A stretch of DNA of 64,000 bases, from positions 83,700,001 through 83,764,000 of the forward strand of contig OX597814.1 in the NCBI GenBank assembly GCA_951406725.2, in the 5' to 3' direction. Source of the DNA: Octopus vulgaris (Eukaryota). Shown here in pieces: positions 22,989-37,034 of the stretch; within the stretch, counting starts at the first letter, position 1, and each line of letters starts with the position of its first letter. The translations under genes and the position numbers were made by a program. The notes below the pieces were generated by a model. The model saw only the letters and a program-made list of their open reading frames with translations. It searched no databases and was not told the origin of the DNA.

Positions 22989-25672
22989 CCTGTCTATCTA
23001 TCTATTGATTGATCTGTCTATCTACCTATCTATCTGTCTCACTTTCTCTCTGTCTAAATAAATAATTAAAATTACACCTTTGTTACATTGCGGGTAGACA
23101 TTAGGTAATGTAGTCCTAGATATATAATGCTCAAAGGTGGTCATGGCTAGAATGACTTTGATCTTAATTTTACTGTGTGATAGCTGACCTAGAACTAAAC
23201 ACTGCCAGCCTCTATTTGCAATATATTTTGTACAATAATGTAGAAAGTAACAATATTGCCTTTATTATTATTATTTATTTATTTATTTTTGCCTACATCT
23301 AACAGATGCCATAATATATTTTTGGACACCTAGTCTACAGAGATTTGAATTGATTCACATGTTCATGCTGGTAGAGGCAGGAATACTTTTACTAGTCTTA
23401 TACTGCATAACATGTAATGCTATCTTACATCCCCTTCAAGTCAAATTTAATTTTTAAAACATATCATATACAAGTGTAAGTTTCAAAACTTATGAAATTC
23501 TATTCAACAAATTTCTCCTTTCCTATTCTAAATGTAACCTCTTGTGATAAGTTTCCCACTATATCAAATTACTCAACGAGCTGAATATTTTGAAAATAGC
23601 TTTAAAAAATATATACTTTCTTTAAATATGCTTCACAATCTTATTCAACCTAATAAAGTTAGTAAAGCATAGAGGATTTTCTATTATTTTCTTTTACAAA
23701 CATTTGGATAGGAGTGGTATTTTTTAGTGTGTTTTCTAATTTCTAATATATATATTTTCAAACACCAATTCTGTTGTCAAGGATTAATTTTAACTAGTCC
23801 TTTAATCTGTTATGCATTTTAAACTAGCCATGTTTTACCTAAATATTTTACTTGTCTAATGATCAAGCTGACTAGATTCAGCCTCTCATACCTACCATAC
23901 AATGTCATTCTAAGAAAATAATCTCATCAAAATCTCATAGCTACAAGATAATGCACGATTAATTCAAAATAATGTGTATAAATAATTATTATATATGACA
24001 AAAATTTGAAAGCTAGAGCGTTGAAATGTATAAATGTCGTTCTTTGAAAATAAAGACATTATAACAACATTGACTTTAGTTCTGATAAAGCAATAAACAT
24101 TTGCAATATTTTTTTAGAGATATCTTGATGTAAAAAAACAAAAACAACAAAGTTGTTTTTACTTTATGAAAATTAAAGGAAGGAATCAGTGGGAATTAAT
24201 GAAATGTTGCCAATAACGGAGTGTACATGAATCAAAGTAAGCATTATCAAGAGATCAGATTCTATTGAATTATAGAAAACTTTAACTCTTAACTGAAAGC
24301 TAACGAACCTCTTTTCAATTTTACAACACTTGCAGTTAAGAGAAAACCATTTAGAAACTAAATATTTTTAGTCAAACACATAACACACTGTTAGTGACAG
24401 GATGTGAATTGTTGACTTCACAGTCAGATGATATGAGGTGTACTGGTGACATTCTAACAGATGAAATAAAATCCAAGGAGGTTGGTGATGGTCTGCATTA
24501 GCAACACTTGTATTATTTGGAAGAATCAATAGAAAGAGTAGAGTAAAATTTCTGTTGGGAATGGAGTTTTCAATGTTTCAGAAAGATTACTTCTTCAGGG
24601 TTAAGACGACAGTGATGGGGGAGAAAGGAAAGACTGCAGAGTTTCACATCCTCTATGTTTGAGCTAGTGACAGGAACTGACGGGGAACATAAAATGTGCA
24701 TATGTGGCTAGGAAATAGTGGGAGAGAGAAAGAAGGAGAGAAAATTGTATAGAGAAACTGGTGAAAATAAAGGTGACAGGGGAGCTGAAGGATAAAATTG
24801 GGATTGCTATACTAACAGGGCTAAAGAAGTTGAAGGTAAAACATTCATTTAAACCCACTGATGCTATGGTTCCAAATTTGTAATGTTTCCTTGAGTGTGA
24901 TCTTCTGCATATATTGTTGGATTACATATATCATGACTTACAGTCCATGTAAAATTTGATGTGATCTTTAATCCTCCTAGAATTCATCAAAAAATGTCAG
25001 TTGCACACTTATTAAATATTTAGTCTGTATTTGTATTGTCAAGAGCTCATTAGGGTTATTTAAAAGCAAGAAAGAAAACAACAAATGCAGTAAAGAGAGA
25101 ATAAAATGTCAGAATGAGGTGAATGATTTGTAAATAACATTACTTCCCAACAGTTGTAATAAATGGATAATGTTACCTAAGATGTAATTTTTAATACAGG
25201 AAAATTAAATGAAATTGGAACTAATAAATGAGTTACTACAAGTAATGTGGATGCTAAATTACATCGCAGTCTAATTGAATAAGGATATATGAATCTTGTT
25301 GAAATGTTTTATAGCAAAATTCTAAAAATAAAATTTGCACATTACAAGAAAAGAAAGAGTATTTAGAGCCAAAATGTATTATATTTAGTTCATGTTTGTT
25401 ACTACCTTATGAAGATTTTCAGCTATTGTATTAAGAAAATTTCTTCTCTTCTTTAGAAATATATTCATATTTTCTTCAAAAGGTTTAGATGGGAGAATTG
25501 TGGTTGTAGTTGATCTATAATTGATAGGTATTAAGCTTTCAATGCTGAGCTGAAATTTTTCCATTTGCCATTAAACTAAAAGGAAATCAGTTCAGTGTAT
25601 TCTTTCTTGAATTATTACATGAATTTTGATGAACCCTTAAATCTGGTGAAACATCCTTAGCAAGCTGTAGGT

Positions 25673-25884
25673 CAGTGTTTCTCAACCCTTTTTGTTTTAT
25701 GCTTGTCTTTGAATTTCCAAAAGAAGTGAGTTCCATCCACCATGAAAAGAGAAAACTAAGTTTTAATTAAAACTTTATTGCAAATTTTATTTACTTGTTA
25801 CTTATCCACACTCCATTCTCACCTGCCACCAAAATATTGCTACACCCCAATAATGGGGCATGTTTCTCACTGTGAGAAACACTA
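25673..25884. mobile_element. hAT/Charlie-like MITE
   Basis: Termini CAGTGTTTCTCA / TGAGAAACACTA. No 8-bp TSD is recognisable. Confidence 0.55.
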
Positions 25885-26078
25885 GGAAAATGTTTTTTTA
25901 TTTTTTCTAAGTACTTTGAATTCCAGTTTTTAATACAAAATGCTGTCAGTCCATCTAATTAGTGTTATAGAACATCCAGGCAGTGCCATATTACATCTGG
26001 ATAATGTTGAAGCTTATCTGCCAATCCACTACCACTGGAGATATTTAATTATTAAAAATCTTTTGAGTTGAAGCCTTA

Positions 26079-26293
26079 TGAGGGGGTGCAAAAACCTCCT
26101 GGCTTTGGATAAAAGTAAATACAGGAAGATCAGCTAATTATGATTTTATTCAACATATTCCCCTCTCAGATTCACACGCTTATTGCAGCACTCCTTCCGT
26201 TTTTCTAAGCCCTGTAAAAGAACTCAGAAGGTTGGGCCTTCAACTAGGCCTTTCACAATACCCTTAAAGCCAGGAACTTTTCACCACCCCTCA
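26079..26293. mobile_element. Mariner-type MITE, 215 bp, TA TSDs
   Basis: TA|TGAGGGGGTGCAAAAACCTCCTGGCTTT ... AAAGCCAGGAACTTTTCACCACCCCTCA|TA. Confidence 0.88.
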
Positions 26294-26464
26294 TATATTT
26301 GTAGATATTCAATCTAAAAGGTACTAATTGTACTAGTTATTATATATGGTTGCAGCCATAATGCAACTGGCTAGAATCGTTTTCAAGTGAGTAATGTTAT
26401 GTTTGAACTTGATACTGTAATTTTAGAAGTAGGTTGTGTCATATTTCTGCGTTCTGTAATAATA

Positions 26465-26680
26465 TTGATTTCAAATTTTGGCACAAGGCGAACAATATCA
26501 TGGGAAGGGCAAGTCAATTGCATTGACCTTAACATTCAACTAGTATTTATTTCATCAACCCCAACAGGATGAAAGGCAAAATTGACCATGGTGGCGTTTG
26601 AGCTCAGAATGTAAAGTCAGAAAAAACGTTGCTAAGTATTTTTTCTGGTGCGGTAATGATTCTGCCAGCTTGTCACCTTT
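26465..26680 (-). mobile_element. SINE family B (Meta-domain-like), single copy
   Basis: Minus strand ttgcctttcatcc...ggggttgatgaaataa..actag core, shared with the copies at 33240-34680. Confidence 0.8.
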
Positions 26681-26819
26681 AACTAGATTCTGTAATATTA
26701 GGATTACATGATGTTACACTGGAACTGGGGTATATCATGTCAGTTGCAAGGTTTTAATATTACACAGGTTTATATATTGGCAAAACTGGTACAGCTTTCA
26801 TTTTGAAATTGACTAGCTA

Positions 26820-27240
26820 CAGGTGCATCTCAGAAAATTAGAATATGCAAAAATTTGATATTTGTTGTCAATTAAATTATAATGTCTGTATTTCATTTGT
26901 TTTAGCTTCACTAAATCAAAACTGAGCTAAAACCCAGTATTTTGTTGATGTAAGCTAAAATTTATGGTTTCTATAAAGAGATCATTAAAAATCCAATAAT
27001 TAAAAATATTAGACTATTCAAACTATATTGTTAAAAATGGAGTAAATTGGTTAAAAACTGAAAAGTAGGGACAAGCTTTCAGTGCTTGGATGGAGCTCCA
27101 TTGGCATCAATGACTTCTTGAATATGTAGTAACATAGAAGAAACCACATGTAACACTACTCAGGATGTGATAAGAGCCAGATGGTCTTGAATTGCTTTGT
27201 GCAAGAAATTCCAGAAAATGTAGATGTTATTAGATGTGTG
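26820..27240 (-). mobile_element. Tc1 3' end remnant
   Basis: TA|CAGGTGCATCTCAGAAAATTAGAATAT terminus. Minus strand SMLLHIQEVIDANGAPSKH* resembles the Tc1 C-terminus SMPRRIxAVIxAKGxxTKY. Confidence 0.8.
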
Positions 27241-28859
27241 AGGAACGACAACAACCTTGACTCCCATTCCAGATATAATCTCTTTTGTCTTATTTTTCAT
27301 TGCTGCTTTCTAATTAATGAATAGTAGGCCTGTGTAATCAGGAAAATTTTGCTTAATTGAACCTATTTCACACTTTATAATAATTAGATCTTAATTAGAC
27401 TTGTTTATGAATTTTATCATAACTTTAGATCAATTGAGTGAGGCAATTTAAAGTTAAACGCTTGGTAGGTGTACTAATGACTGTTTTTTCAGTTTTTTGG
27501 CAAGGTCTATCATCTTTGAGTTTTCATTATTATATGTAGATCATTTAGTAACATATTACTGTTTATAATATTTCTTTGCTTTTAACTAACTAAATCATAA
27601 TGTTTTCTTTCTGTGATTTTAGCTTGGTTTTAGTTAACTGCAGTTGAGTTATTGACCTTGAATGATGTCACTACTGCTAATTAAACTAGTGTTATCAGTA
27701 AAGAGGATTGGCAACTATCTAGTTTTGTGTTGGTGCTCATGTGTCCATGCAAAGTTGATGATTAACTCTTTAAGAGACAAAGTTTGTGATACAGAATGTT
27801 AATAGTGTTTAGTTACTAGGATGAAGTATATGTGGGAAGCAGTGGTTAACGCTTTAAGAGGTAAAATGATACTGTAGGTGAATAGTGGTGGTGGTGGTGG
27901 TAGAGATGTAGACAATGTGAATAGTTGTCCTTGGTGATTAGGTTTAGCTGGTTGTCACTGGTAATAGTGATGTATTTTAAAGGTTGTAGTTCTAGTGGTA
28001 GAGTTATAATACTGTGATAGGGGCAGTAATGGTGTTTGATAGAAGCAGTAACTTGAGTCAGTAGCAATTGTCAGCCCTGCTCAAATACACCTAAGATCAA
28101 AGACATTTTTACTAAGACCATCTCATCTATTTTCTTATGTGCAGAAACACAGGACCACGTTATTCAAAGTCATTTTTCTTAAAAGATTATAGACTGTAAT
28201 TTGAAGAAGTTTTGGCTGCTATTTCTAGCAGGTTAAACAATCATTTAAGGGCTGGTTTTCTTTGGTAATGATCGCAGTTGGCCTAAAGTGAGAAGGTATA
28301 ATAATTATCATTTGTTATAATAATAAGCTTATTACAAAGTCATGATGTATGTAAAAGCTGAAGTGGGTGTATATAATTATTAGCTGTTCCTATTTACACC
28401 TTACGGTCTATATTGTTTGTTGCTTTCTGTGATACAATATATTTCTTCTCAATATATTTCCATACATTATATTTCTAGTCAACCCTTTTCTCTTTGTTGA
28501 GACTTTGTTTACACTTCTGAAGATGTCTTTCTTTTGTATTTCTGGACCTAATATACTACTCTTGCTGCTGCTGCTATCAATAACAACCACACTGATCATG
28601 ATGATGTTGACAGCATTTGGCATCTTCATTGTTTTTATGTTCACTTTTCTATACTTGCATGGATCAGACAGATTTCTTTGAGGCAGATTTTCTATGGCTG
28701 AATGCCATTCTTGTCACCAACCCTCACCTGTTTTTTATGGAAGATTAGACACCAATGACATCACTTATATGATGGTGACGCTCATTTACAACTGTCAAGT
28801 GATGTCAAAAACAAGGCAGTTGTTTTTTTTGGTTTTCCAAAGGTCTTGGGCCTAAAGTC

Positions 28860-29830
28860 ATCCAAAACTTACCAGTTAGTTCCTTCTCAACAATGTTATC
28901 ACTCTCCCCACCATAGTTCTCTATAAATTACTAATACAGAAGTTTCACAAACTTTATTGCTTGACTTGTAAAGAGATGTGAGTGTCTAGCAGCATTTCAA
29001 TTATTAGGCACACTGTTTTAGTCTTTACTTGACCCATTTCAGTCAAAGAGATAAGTTCTGGCATAGAAAGATATGTCTGATATAGAATAATCGTACCTGT
29101 TTACTATTGAAGAATCATTTTAGATGCTCCAGTCTCAATGCATGTCTACAGATCAAGAGCCATAGTATGCCAAGCCTTCTATATGGAAGGTGTCAGCACC
29201 AGATGGACTACTTAATTAGTAAAATGCATTCCTTCCACAAGAAGTGGAACAACAGACATTCCACTTTGGGCAGGCAAAAGCTGAAGCAAGTTGTGATGGC
29301 CAGACAGTAAATTATAATGGCAATATTTGCATTAACCACCTTTCAGAGATAGGTTGACCTCTATGCTTGTAATCTCATCCATGTACTTAAGTACCTGATG
29401 GTATGGGCCAAACCAGAGTTAAACATCTGACAATGCTATTCAAAGATTTGATTGATTCAAGTTTATTAAAACCTTACTGAAGCTAGGTCTGGCTGTGGTA
29501 TTACATGAAGTGAGGATTGTTATGGCCAGATCTTCACAGGATTGCATAGGTCTGTGCTTTTCCAACTACCAACAAGCACCAACCTCTTTGCTAACATCTT
29601 CACCCCTCTCTTACAGAACTGGGAATTCTCTTATGCAAGTTGCAGTAGACATGTGCCTAGATATTGCCAAAAATCTCTGGCACATATACATAAAACCAAT
29701 AGGACAGACCATCCACACCAAGGGATTTTCTTCCTGTACAATCACTCAACAATGCTACCTGTGTCTCAGTTGGTGTTATTGCCCTTTTTGCAGCACTCAG
29801 CCTCTCCAACCAAGAACCACCACAACCCAT
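28860..29830 (+). mobile_element. Highly decayed RTE/BovB-like LINE fragment
   Basis: HVYR..AIV.PSLLYG-like segment at ~29140-29190; the rest is too degraded to align by eye. Confidence 0.4.
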
Positions 29831-30861
29831 TGAGGAAGCATTAAAACCCACTACCATCACATATCCACCACTCACCCTCAAAAGTTGAGCAAAGTTTCAT
29901 TGGAAAGCTACATACATCTATTTGGAATTGAGTAACACTTGCTTATCCTGGACTAATAATAATAATAATAATAATATTGTTTTATTGGCCAGAGCATGTA
30001 CATGCAATATAAAACTACCATACAAAAGGGGTTACAAAGCACAGAGGGATGATGTTCATCTTGGTCTTCTGCTATTGTATCTGCTACTAACTTTTCTTCT
30101 TTTTTTCTCTCTTTTTCTATCCAGAAGATACATGTTGGCTTTTACTACAACACCTGTAGTACCCACCTCCAAAAGCATATAAAATCTCCTATTGTTATGC
30201 AAAATCCTGTCTTGGATAAATTCTTTTTGCAAGAAGGTACTATTTTTCACAATATGAGCCCTCTATACTTTTACTTCTTTCCTTGAGCTGGCTTTGCTGA
30301 GTTCTTTGTGAGACACATTTGCAAAAGATGAATTGTTGCTGCTGTCATTGCTGGCTGTACTGTGATTATTGTTTTTGCCATATAATTTAACGTTTTCAAA
30401 ACTGTTCTTTTGTTGTGCAACAGTGTTTATACTTGAAACTCTGTTTAATTTTCACATTGTCTTGTTTTTAGGTAGTTTTTATGTCTGTTTCTTCCATGCT
30501 AACATGAATTAGACAAATATTTATTGAGGTTTTGTTTTACAATCAGATACCTATTTCCTATCACCAACCATATGGAATTTCATATCCCCGCATGTGTTGT
30601 TTAGGTTTTGTTTCACTTTAATCCCATATTTAGACTCAAGAGACCAACAATTTATTGTGGTGGATGGAGGAAAAAGTGGTAGTGGCTGTTTTTATTTTGT
30701 TTGTTTATTATTATTTTTATTTTTAAAACTCACTCTTTGCCATTGCTGCCACCACTGTTACTGTCTCAGCGACAGCAGTAGCAGCTTAGCTCTTCTGCAT
30801 TATATTTTGGCGTTGGGGGACTGATGTTTCATTGAAGCTACAGTAAATTCAATTATTGTAA

Positions 30862-30892
<31 letters not shown>

Positions 30893-30989
30893 TGTTTGTA
30901 TGTATTTATGTATGTATGTGTGGTTAAAAAGTTTGCTTTCCAGTCACATAGCCCCAGGTTGATCAATGCCTTGTAAGTTGATTTGGTTG

Positions 30990-31700
30990 TCAATCCTGAA
31001 ACTTTTGGGGAAGAGGCTAGTTGGTTACTCAACCCCAGTGTGCAACTAGTACTTATTTTATTGACTCTGAAAACTAGAAGAGATGTCACTTAGCATTTTG
31101 TCTGGCCCAGTGACAATTCTGCTAGCTCACTAACTTAATAGTGATAATAATTTTTTTCCTAATTTTGGCTCAAGGCCAGCAATTTAAGGGAAGGAGTAAG
31201 TCAATTAAATTGACCCCAGTGCTCAAATGGTAATTATTTTACTGATTCCAAAAGAATGAAAGACAAAGTTGACCTCAGTAGAATTTGAACTCAGAACATA
31301 AAGCCAGAAGAAATGCCACTTAACATTTTGCCTGGCACAGTAGCAATTCTGCCAGCTTAATGATACTAATCCTTTCTATAATAGGCACAAGGCTTGAAAT
31401 TTTGGGAGAGGGAGACAGTCGATTATATCGACCCCCAGTACTTGACTGGTACTTATTTTATCGACCCAGAAAGAATAAAAGGCTAAGTTGATTTTAGTGG
31501 CATTCAAACTCAGAATGTAAAGAGAGACAAAATGCTGCTAAGCATTTTGGCCAGCATGCTAACAATTCTGCCAACTCACTGCCTTAATAGTGATAATAAT
31601 ACTAATGATAATGTTACTTTCTAATTTAGTTACAAAGCCAGAGCATTTTAGAGAAGATGTTAGTTGATACCATAGACCCTGATACTTGACTAGTACTTTA
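30990..31700 (-). mobile_element. Tandem cluster of SINE family B copies
   Basis: Three to four head-to-tail ~210-bp units separated by (ATT)n-like tails. Confidence 0.85.
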
Positions 31701-31844
31701 ATAATAAATGATTTCCTATGTACACATTGTAAGGGAGACTGTAACTGATTGTTTCAAACTTAGTACTTGATTAGTGTTTGTTTAACCAACTTCTAATTGG
31801 AACTTGTCTCTGAATAGTAGGACAATGGTTTTAAAAATTAACAT

Positions 31845-32022
31845 ACAGGCATGTATGAGTTGTAAGAAGCTTCCATCCTAACCGCATGGGTCCAGATTCA
31901 ATTCTACAGTGGCACTTGGGACAAGTGTCTTCTACTATAACCTCAGCCAACCAAAGCCTTGTGAGTGATTTTGGTAAATGGCAATTGAAAGAAGCTCTCT
32001 TTCTCTCTCTCTCTCTATACAC

Positions 32023-32057
<35 letters not shown>

Positions 32058-32216
32058 TATACACATACACATACACTCTCGGAGTGGTTGGCATTAGGAA
32101 GGGCATCCAGCTGTAGAAACTCTGCCAGTTCAGACTGGAGTCTGGTTTGCCAGCCCTCAGTCAAATCATCCAACCCATGCTAGCATGGAAAGCGGACGTT
32201 AAACGATGATGATGAT
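31845..32216 (+). mobile_element. SINE A 5' half joined through a microsatellite to an RTE 3' tail
   Basis: SINE A head at 31845-31995; RTE tail at 32072-32216 ending aaacgatgatgatg. Confidence 0.8.
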
Positions 32217-32218
32217 TC

Positions 32219-32255
<37 letters not shown>

Positions 32256-33239
32256 TATGTATATATACATATACATACATACATACATACACACACTCAT
32301 CTATATATATATATATGTTTCAAATTTTGGCACAAGGCAAGTTTGGAACAGGGTATAAGTCGATTACATCGCCCCCTGTACTCAACTGGAATTTATTTTA
32401 TCAACCCCAAAAGGATGAAAGGCAAAGTTGGCCTTGGTGAAATTTGAACTCAAGGTAGTGTCCCAGCGTGTCCACAGTCCAGTGACTGAAACAAATGAAA
32501 TATAAATGGTAAAAGTATTTATTTGATTAGAATGTTTATGATGGACAATATTGTTTAGTTTACTGCTTGACAATCCAAGTTTGCTCTGGCTGTAAGTAAA
32601 AAAAGATAATATTTTGAGCCATGTTGACAGATAGCAGACTGGTTTATATTATAGGCTATCTTTTAACAGATAAGTTGATGACAAAAGAGTTTTTCTTTGT
32701 ATGAATAGCAACTTTGAAGATGCTCATGTTAGGAGTGTGATGTGATATAAACTAGCAAAGGAATACATAAGAGATGCAGTGCCTAGAAAGGAATACACAG
32801 CTTGTAGTCTGATGGATGTGCAAAAATGATCTTTTAGAAATAGGTGAATCAAAACAAAGTCATGAAATGATAGGACATGTAGGGCATCAGTTGAGATTTG
32901 CAAAGAAAATTAACTTGTGAATGTGTAATACATATGAGTGATTGATATTTAGTGAATAGGTGTTGTGGGTTAATATTATAGAAAGTGTAAAGACAGATAA
33001 AATGAGACCAAGAATGAAATAGGTAATTTATAAAATGAAATGTAGGATCCATCCAAGGAAACAAACAGTGTGCATTAACTGCAAATTTCCACTTCCTCAC
33101 AAAATATTTTACCATGTTTCTCAATAATGGGGCATTCCTGCTTCAAAATGCTTAGAAAGTTGCTTTATTTCCTACATGGCCAACCTGCACAGCTGCAGAA
33201 GAACAGTGACGATAGTTTTGGTAATCATTATTATACTTA

Positions 33240-34258
33240 ACAGTCTTAGTTCAAATTCTGCTGAGATCGACTTTGCCTTTCATCCTTTCAGGGTCGATGA
33301 AATAAGTACCAGTTACACACTGGGCTTCATGCAATTGACTAACCCACTCCCCCTAAGTTTCAGGCCTTGTGCCTGTAGTAGAAAGGATTGTTATCATTAA
33401 GTTGGTGAGTTGGCAGAATTGTCAACACATGAGACAAAATGTTTAGCTGCATTTCTTCTGGTTTTTTACATTCTAAGTTCAAATCTCACTGAGTTCAACT
33501 TTGCATTTCATCCTAATGGAGCCAATAAAAGTAAGTACCAATTGAGCGCTGGGGTTGATGCAATCAACTTGTCACCTCCCCTAAAATTTCTGGCCTTGTG
33601 CCAAAATCTGAGACCATAATTATTATTATCATTATTATTGTTTTTTTTACTATCTCTGCCTTAGTGAAGTTAGAGGTATTGTTTTCAGTCATGTTTGTTT
33701 GTTTGTCCATGGACAAGATATCTCAAGAACCGCTTAATGGATTTGGATGAAACTTTCAGGGATGTTTGGCCTTGTGACTGGCATGAACTGATTAGAATTT
33801 GGAATTGATCCAGTACCGGACAAGTATTTTGGATTATTTTTCCTGCTTTTTTTACTTAATTTTTGAGAGCTTTCAGATTCATTTTTAGTATTCTCGTTTG
33901 TGAGAGCAGTCAAGTTTATTTCAGATATTCCGATTTTAAAATTCATCTCCAGCTAATTGTTGAGAGGACATTGGTGTTGCCTTGGTGGAGGTTTGTGCTC
34001 TTGTTTTTATTATTATTATTAAGGCGACAAGCTGGCAGAAACATTAGCATGCTAGGTAAAATGCTTTGTGGTATTTCGTCTGTCTTTATCTTTTGAGCTC
34101 AAATTCCGCCAAGGTCAGCTTTACCTTTCATCCTTTTGGCGTCAGTAAAATAAGTACCAGTTGCATACTGGGGTCAATGTAATTGACTATCCCCCTCCCA
34201 TCTCCCCCCACCAAAATTTCAGGCCTTGTGCCTATTGTAGAAAGTATTATTATTATTA

Positions 34259-34307
<49 letters not shown>

Positions 34308-34680
34308 CATCATTATTAAGGTGGTGAGCTGGCAGAAATGTTAGCACCCCAGGCAAAATGCTTAATGGCATTTTGTCTGTCTTTATGTTCTGAGTTCAAA
34401 TTTCACTGAGGTCAACTTTGCTTTTCATCCCTTTAGGGGTTGATAAAATAAGTACCAGTTAATCAATGGGGTTAATGTAACCAACTTGCTCCTCACCTGA
34501 AATTGCTGACCTTGTGCCAAAATTTGAAATATCATCATCATCGTCATCACTATTATTATTAAGGTATTATTATTAATAAAATATAAAATAAAGTACCAGT
34601 CAAGTGTTGGAGTCCATGGTATCGGCTTGCTCCATCCTCTAAAATTGCTGGTCTTTTACCTAAATTAGAAACCTTTATTA
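33240..34680 (+). mobile_element. Tandem cluster of SINE family B copies (4-5 units) with a nested HINE
   Basis: Units start ggtggtgagctggcagaa, carry B box gagttcaaatt and core gcctttcatccttt.ggggtcgat.aaataagtaccag (Meta-domain-like), and end in (ATT)n. Confidence 0.9.
33646..34008 (+). mobile_element. Helentron-associated non-autonomous element (HINE/DINE-1-like)
   Basis: Sub-terminal inverted repeats atctctgcc / ggtggaggt, a (GTTT)n tract, ..gatatctc....tggatttggatgaaactt, and T-run flanks. Confidence 0.75.
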
Positions 34681-36818
34681 TTATTATGGCAATGGCGATG
34701 ATGATGACAATGATGGTGGCAGCAACAATCTTATGTGGAATTTCTCAGAAATATTTTAGCTGCAAAAAGGAAAGGAGTGACTTAACTGGTGAAGTTCTGT
34801 GATGCTAATAATCTTGTCACTAGTGAAGTTAAGTGTCCAAATGAGTAAACTGACCTCAGTTGTTAATTACTTTGGTGGCTAGATAATTAGATAATATCAA
34901 GAAGTTAAAGAGAAGGACTCTATGCAGTTATTTTATCTGCTAGAAGTAGCAATCACATCTTTCTCAAATCACACCCCACCATTGTAAAATAGAAGGAATG
35001 TTGGATAATATAGCCCTCATTGATACTCTATATCTGAAATTGATGGGATGGTCCAAGAGATTTACCTGTGACAGATTGCTCTTCTGATTTTGCAAATCCA
35101 CTGCCTTTTGTAAGTTGGAGGGTGTCTCTGACAATAACAGTGATGTTAATGATGGTCGTGTTGGAGTTTAATTATACTTGTGTATGACAATGAGGAACAT
35201 TGTGTCTGACCAAAATCTTGTAGTCATATTAATTAGGAATGTAAACTGTTTGAAAACACTACTGCACACTTACTCAGTTTTCCTGTTATTTCCTTTCTGA
35301 CATCTTAAATAATTGATAATTTGACCTTGTTTTGTTTCCCTTCCCCTCCATGTCACGTGACTTTGTGACTTCATTAGCACTATGTCCTTTCATCATGACC
35401 TCCTTGTTGAACAATTTCTCGACACATTTAGAGGTAGTAGAAAAGGAGGGGGCAAGGGCAGTGGTAATAATGGTGATTGTTTCAGAAGCTGGTGGGGATA
35501 GTAGTAATTGGAGTTCTTGGGATAATTAAGTTATGTAGTTGGTTGGGAGGTTGATTGTGGTGATGGGGTGTTAGTTGGATTGGTGTTGTTGTTGATGGTG
35601 ATGGTTTTGGTGGTGATGGGGTTGATAGTTGTAAAACTTAATAACAATAGTAGTAGACTGTAAGACTTAATAATGGTAGTAGTTGCTGTTGTTGTAGTAA
35701 TAGTAGCAACTGTAGTAGGGTTAGTAGTTGAATGGGTTTTGGCAGTAGCTGCAAGAACAATTGTGTAGGTGTTAAGATCACCATTTTGCTGGCTTCAGGT
35801 CACTGTTAGAAGAATTACACAACACTTAAAGTAACATTGCAAGAGATGTCTAACCTTCTTGACTCCCTCATCCATCTAAGAGGCATATTTTTTTTTCCTT
35901 CCTAGAAATATCATTTAAATGTTTCTACTATATTTACTCATATATAATGGGAGAAATTTAATTCAAAACATCAGGGATAGCATTATACTCAGGGGTAAAA
36001 ATAAGCTAAGTGGATAAAAAATATATTACTGAATTTTTTAGATAAATAAAAAAAAAAATGATCATGGGGTAAGATTGTATTTGAGATTGCATTGTACTTG
36101 GATAAATGCAGTATTTCTTTTTGCTATGTAACTTTTAATAGAATGTCCGATCACTATTATTAGTGTGGTATTAGTTACACTCTTTTTACGTCATGAATTA
36201 AAACCCTACTGAGTTGGTGTTTTGACTTTCAACCTTCTGGGGTTGTTAAAATAAGTACCAGTCAACATAGATATGGCTGTTCAGTTGAGAAGTTTGCTTA
36301 ACGGTCATGTGATTTTGTGTTCAGCCTCACTGGGCACCACCTTTGGATAAGTGCCTTCTACTATAGCTCTAGGTCAATCAAAGCCTTGTGAGCAAATTTG
36401 GTAGACAGACTGAAAGAAGCCCATTGTGTGTGTGTGTGTGTGTGTGTGTCAGCATGCATACACACACATGTATTAAGTGTATGCATGAGAGTGTATGTTC
36501 ATTCTCTTTACATTGACCACTTGTGCTGTTTGTATTCAAAGTACTAGGGGAAATATTATCTTAGAAACACAAGATAAGGATCAGCATCAGGAAGAGCATT
36601 CATTCATAGAAAATAAATAAATTGGCCTTGGTTCTATGATACAAACACTCTGTTTTAAAAAGATTATAATTTAAAACTTACTTCAAAACTTCATATTAAT
36701 TTATATTTCAAGCATTGGCTTAAAACAACAATTTTTTTTTATTATTTTCAAAACTAATTGAAACAAAGACTGCAAAATTCAACAAAAGGGTTAATGGGTG
36801 AGATATCCAGCTCTTTAA

Positions 36819-37034
36819 CCCTTTAGCATTCAGATTACTCTGTCAAATGTAATGCATGTTCACATTGTTTTGAATTATCATGCATTATCTTGTAGCTCTC
36901 AGATTTCAATGATATGATTGTTTATTTTAAGAACAACACTGTAGAGTAGGTGTGAGAGGCCAGATCTGACTGGATTGAATATAAAGTAGATAGAATGTTT
37001 GGACCATATGTTAGCTGGTATAAATGCGAAAGGC
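36819..37034. mobile_element. piggyBac-like MITE with TTAA TSDs
   Basis: TTAA|CCCTTTAGCATT ... AATGCGAAAGGC|TTAA. Related copies at 12053-12172 and 23810-24025 (inverted). Confidence 0.8.

Noticed and set aside
29950-30260. Possible LINE 3' end on the minus strand with an (ATT)n tail
   Set aside because: No recognisable protein motif, so I cannot assign it.
30445-30480. Recursive splice site (pyrimidine tract + AG|GTAGTT)
   Set aside because: Weak donor, and the downstream sequence is an antisense retroposon tail remnant.
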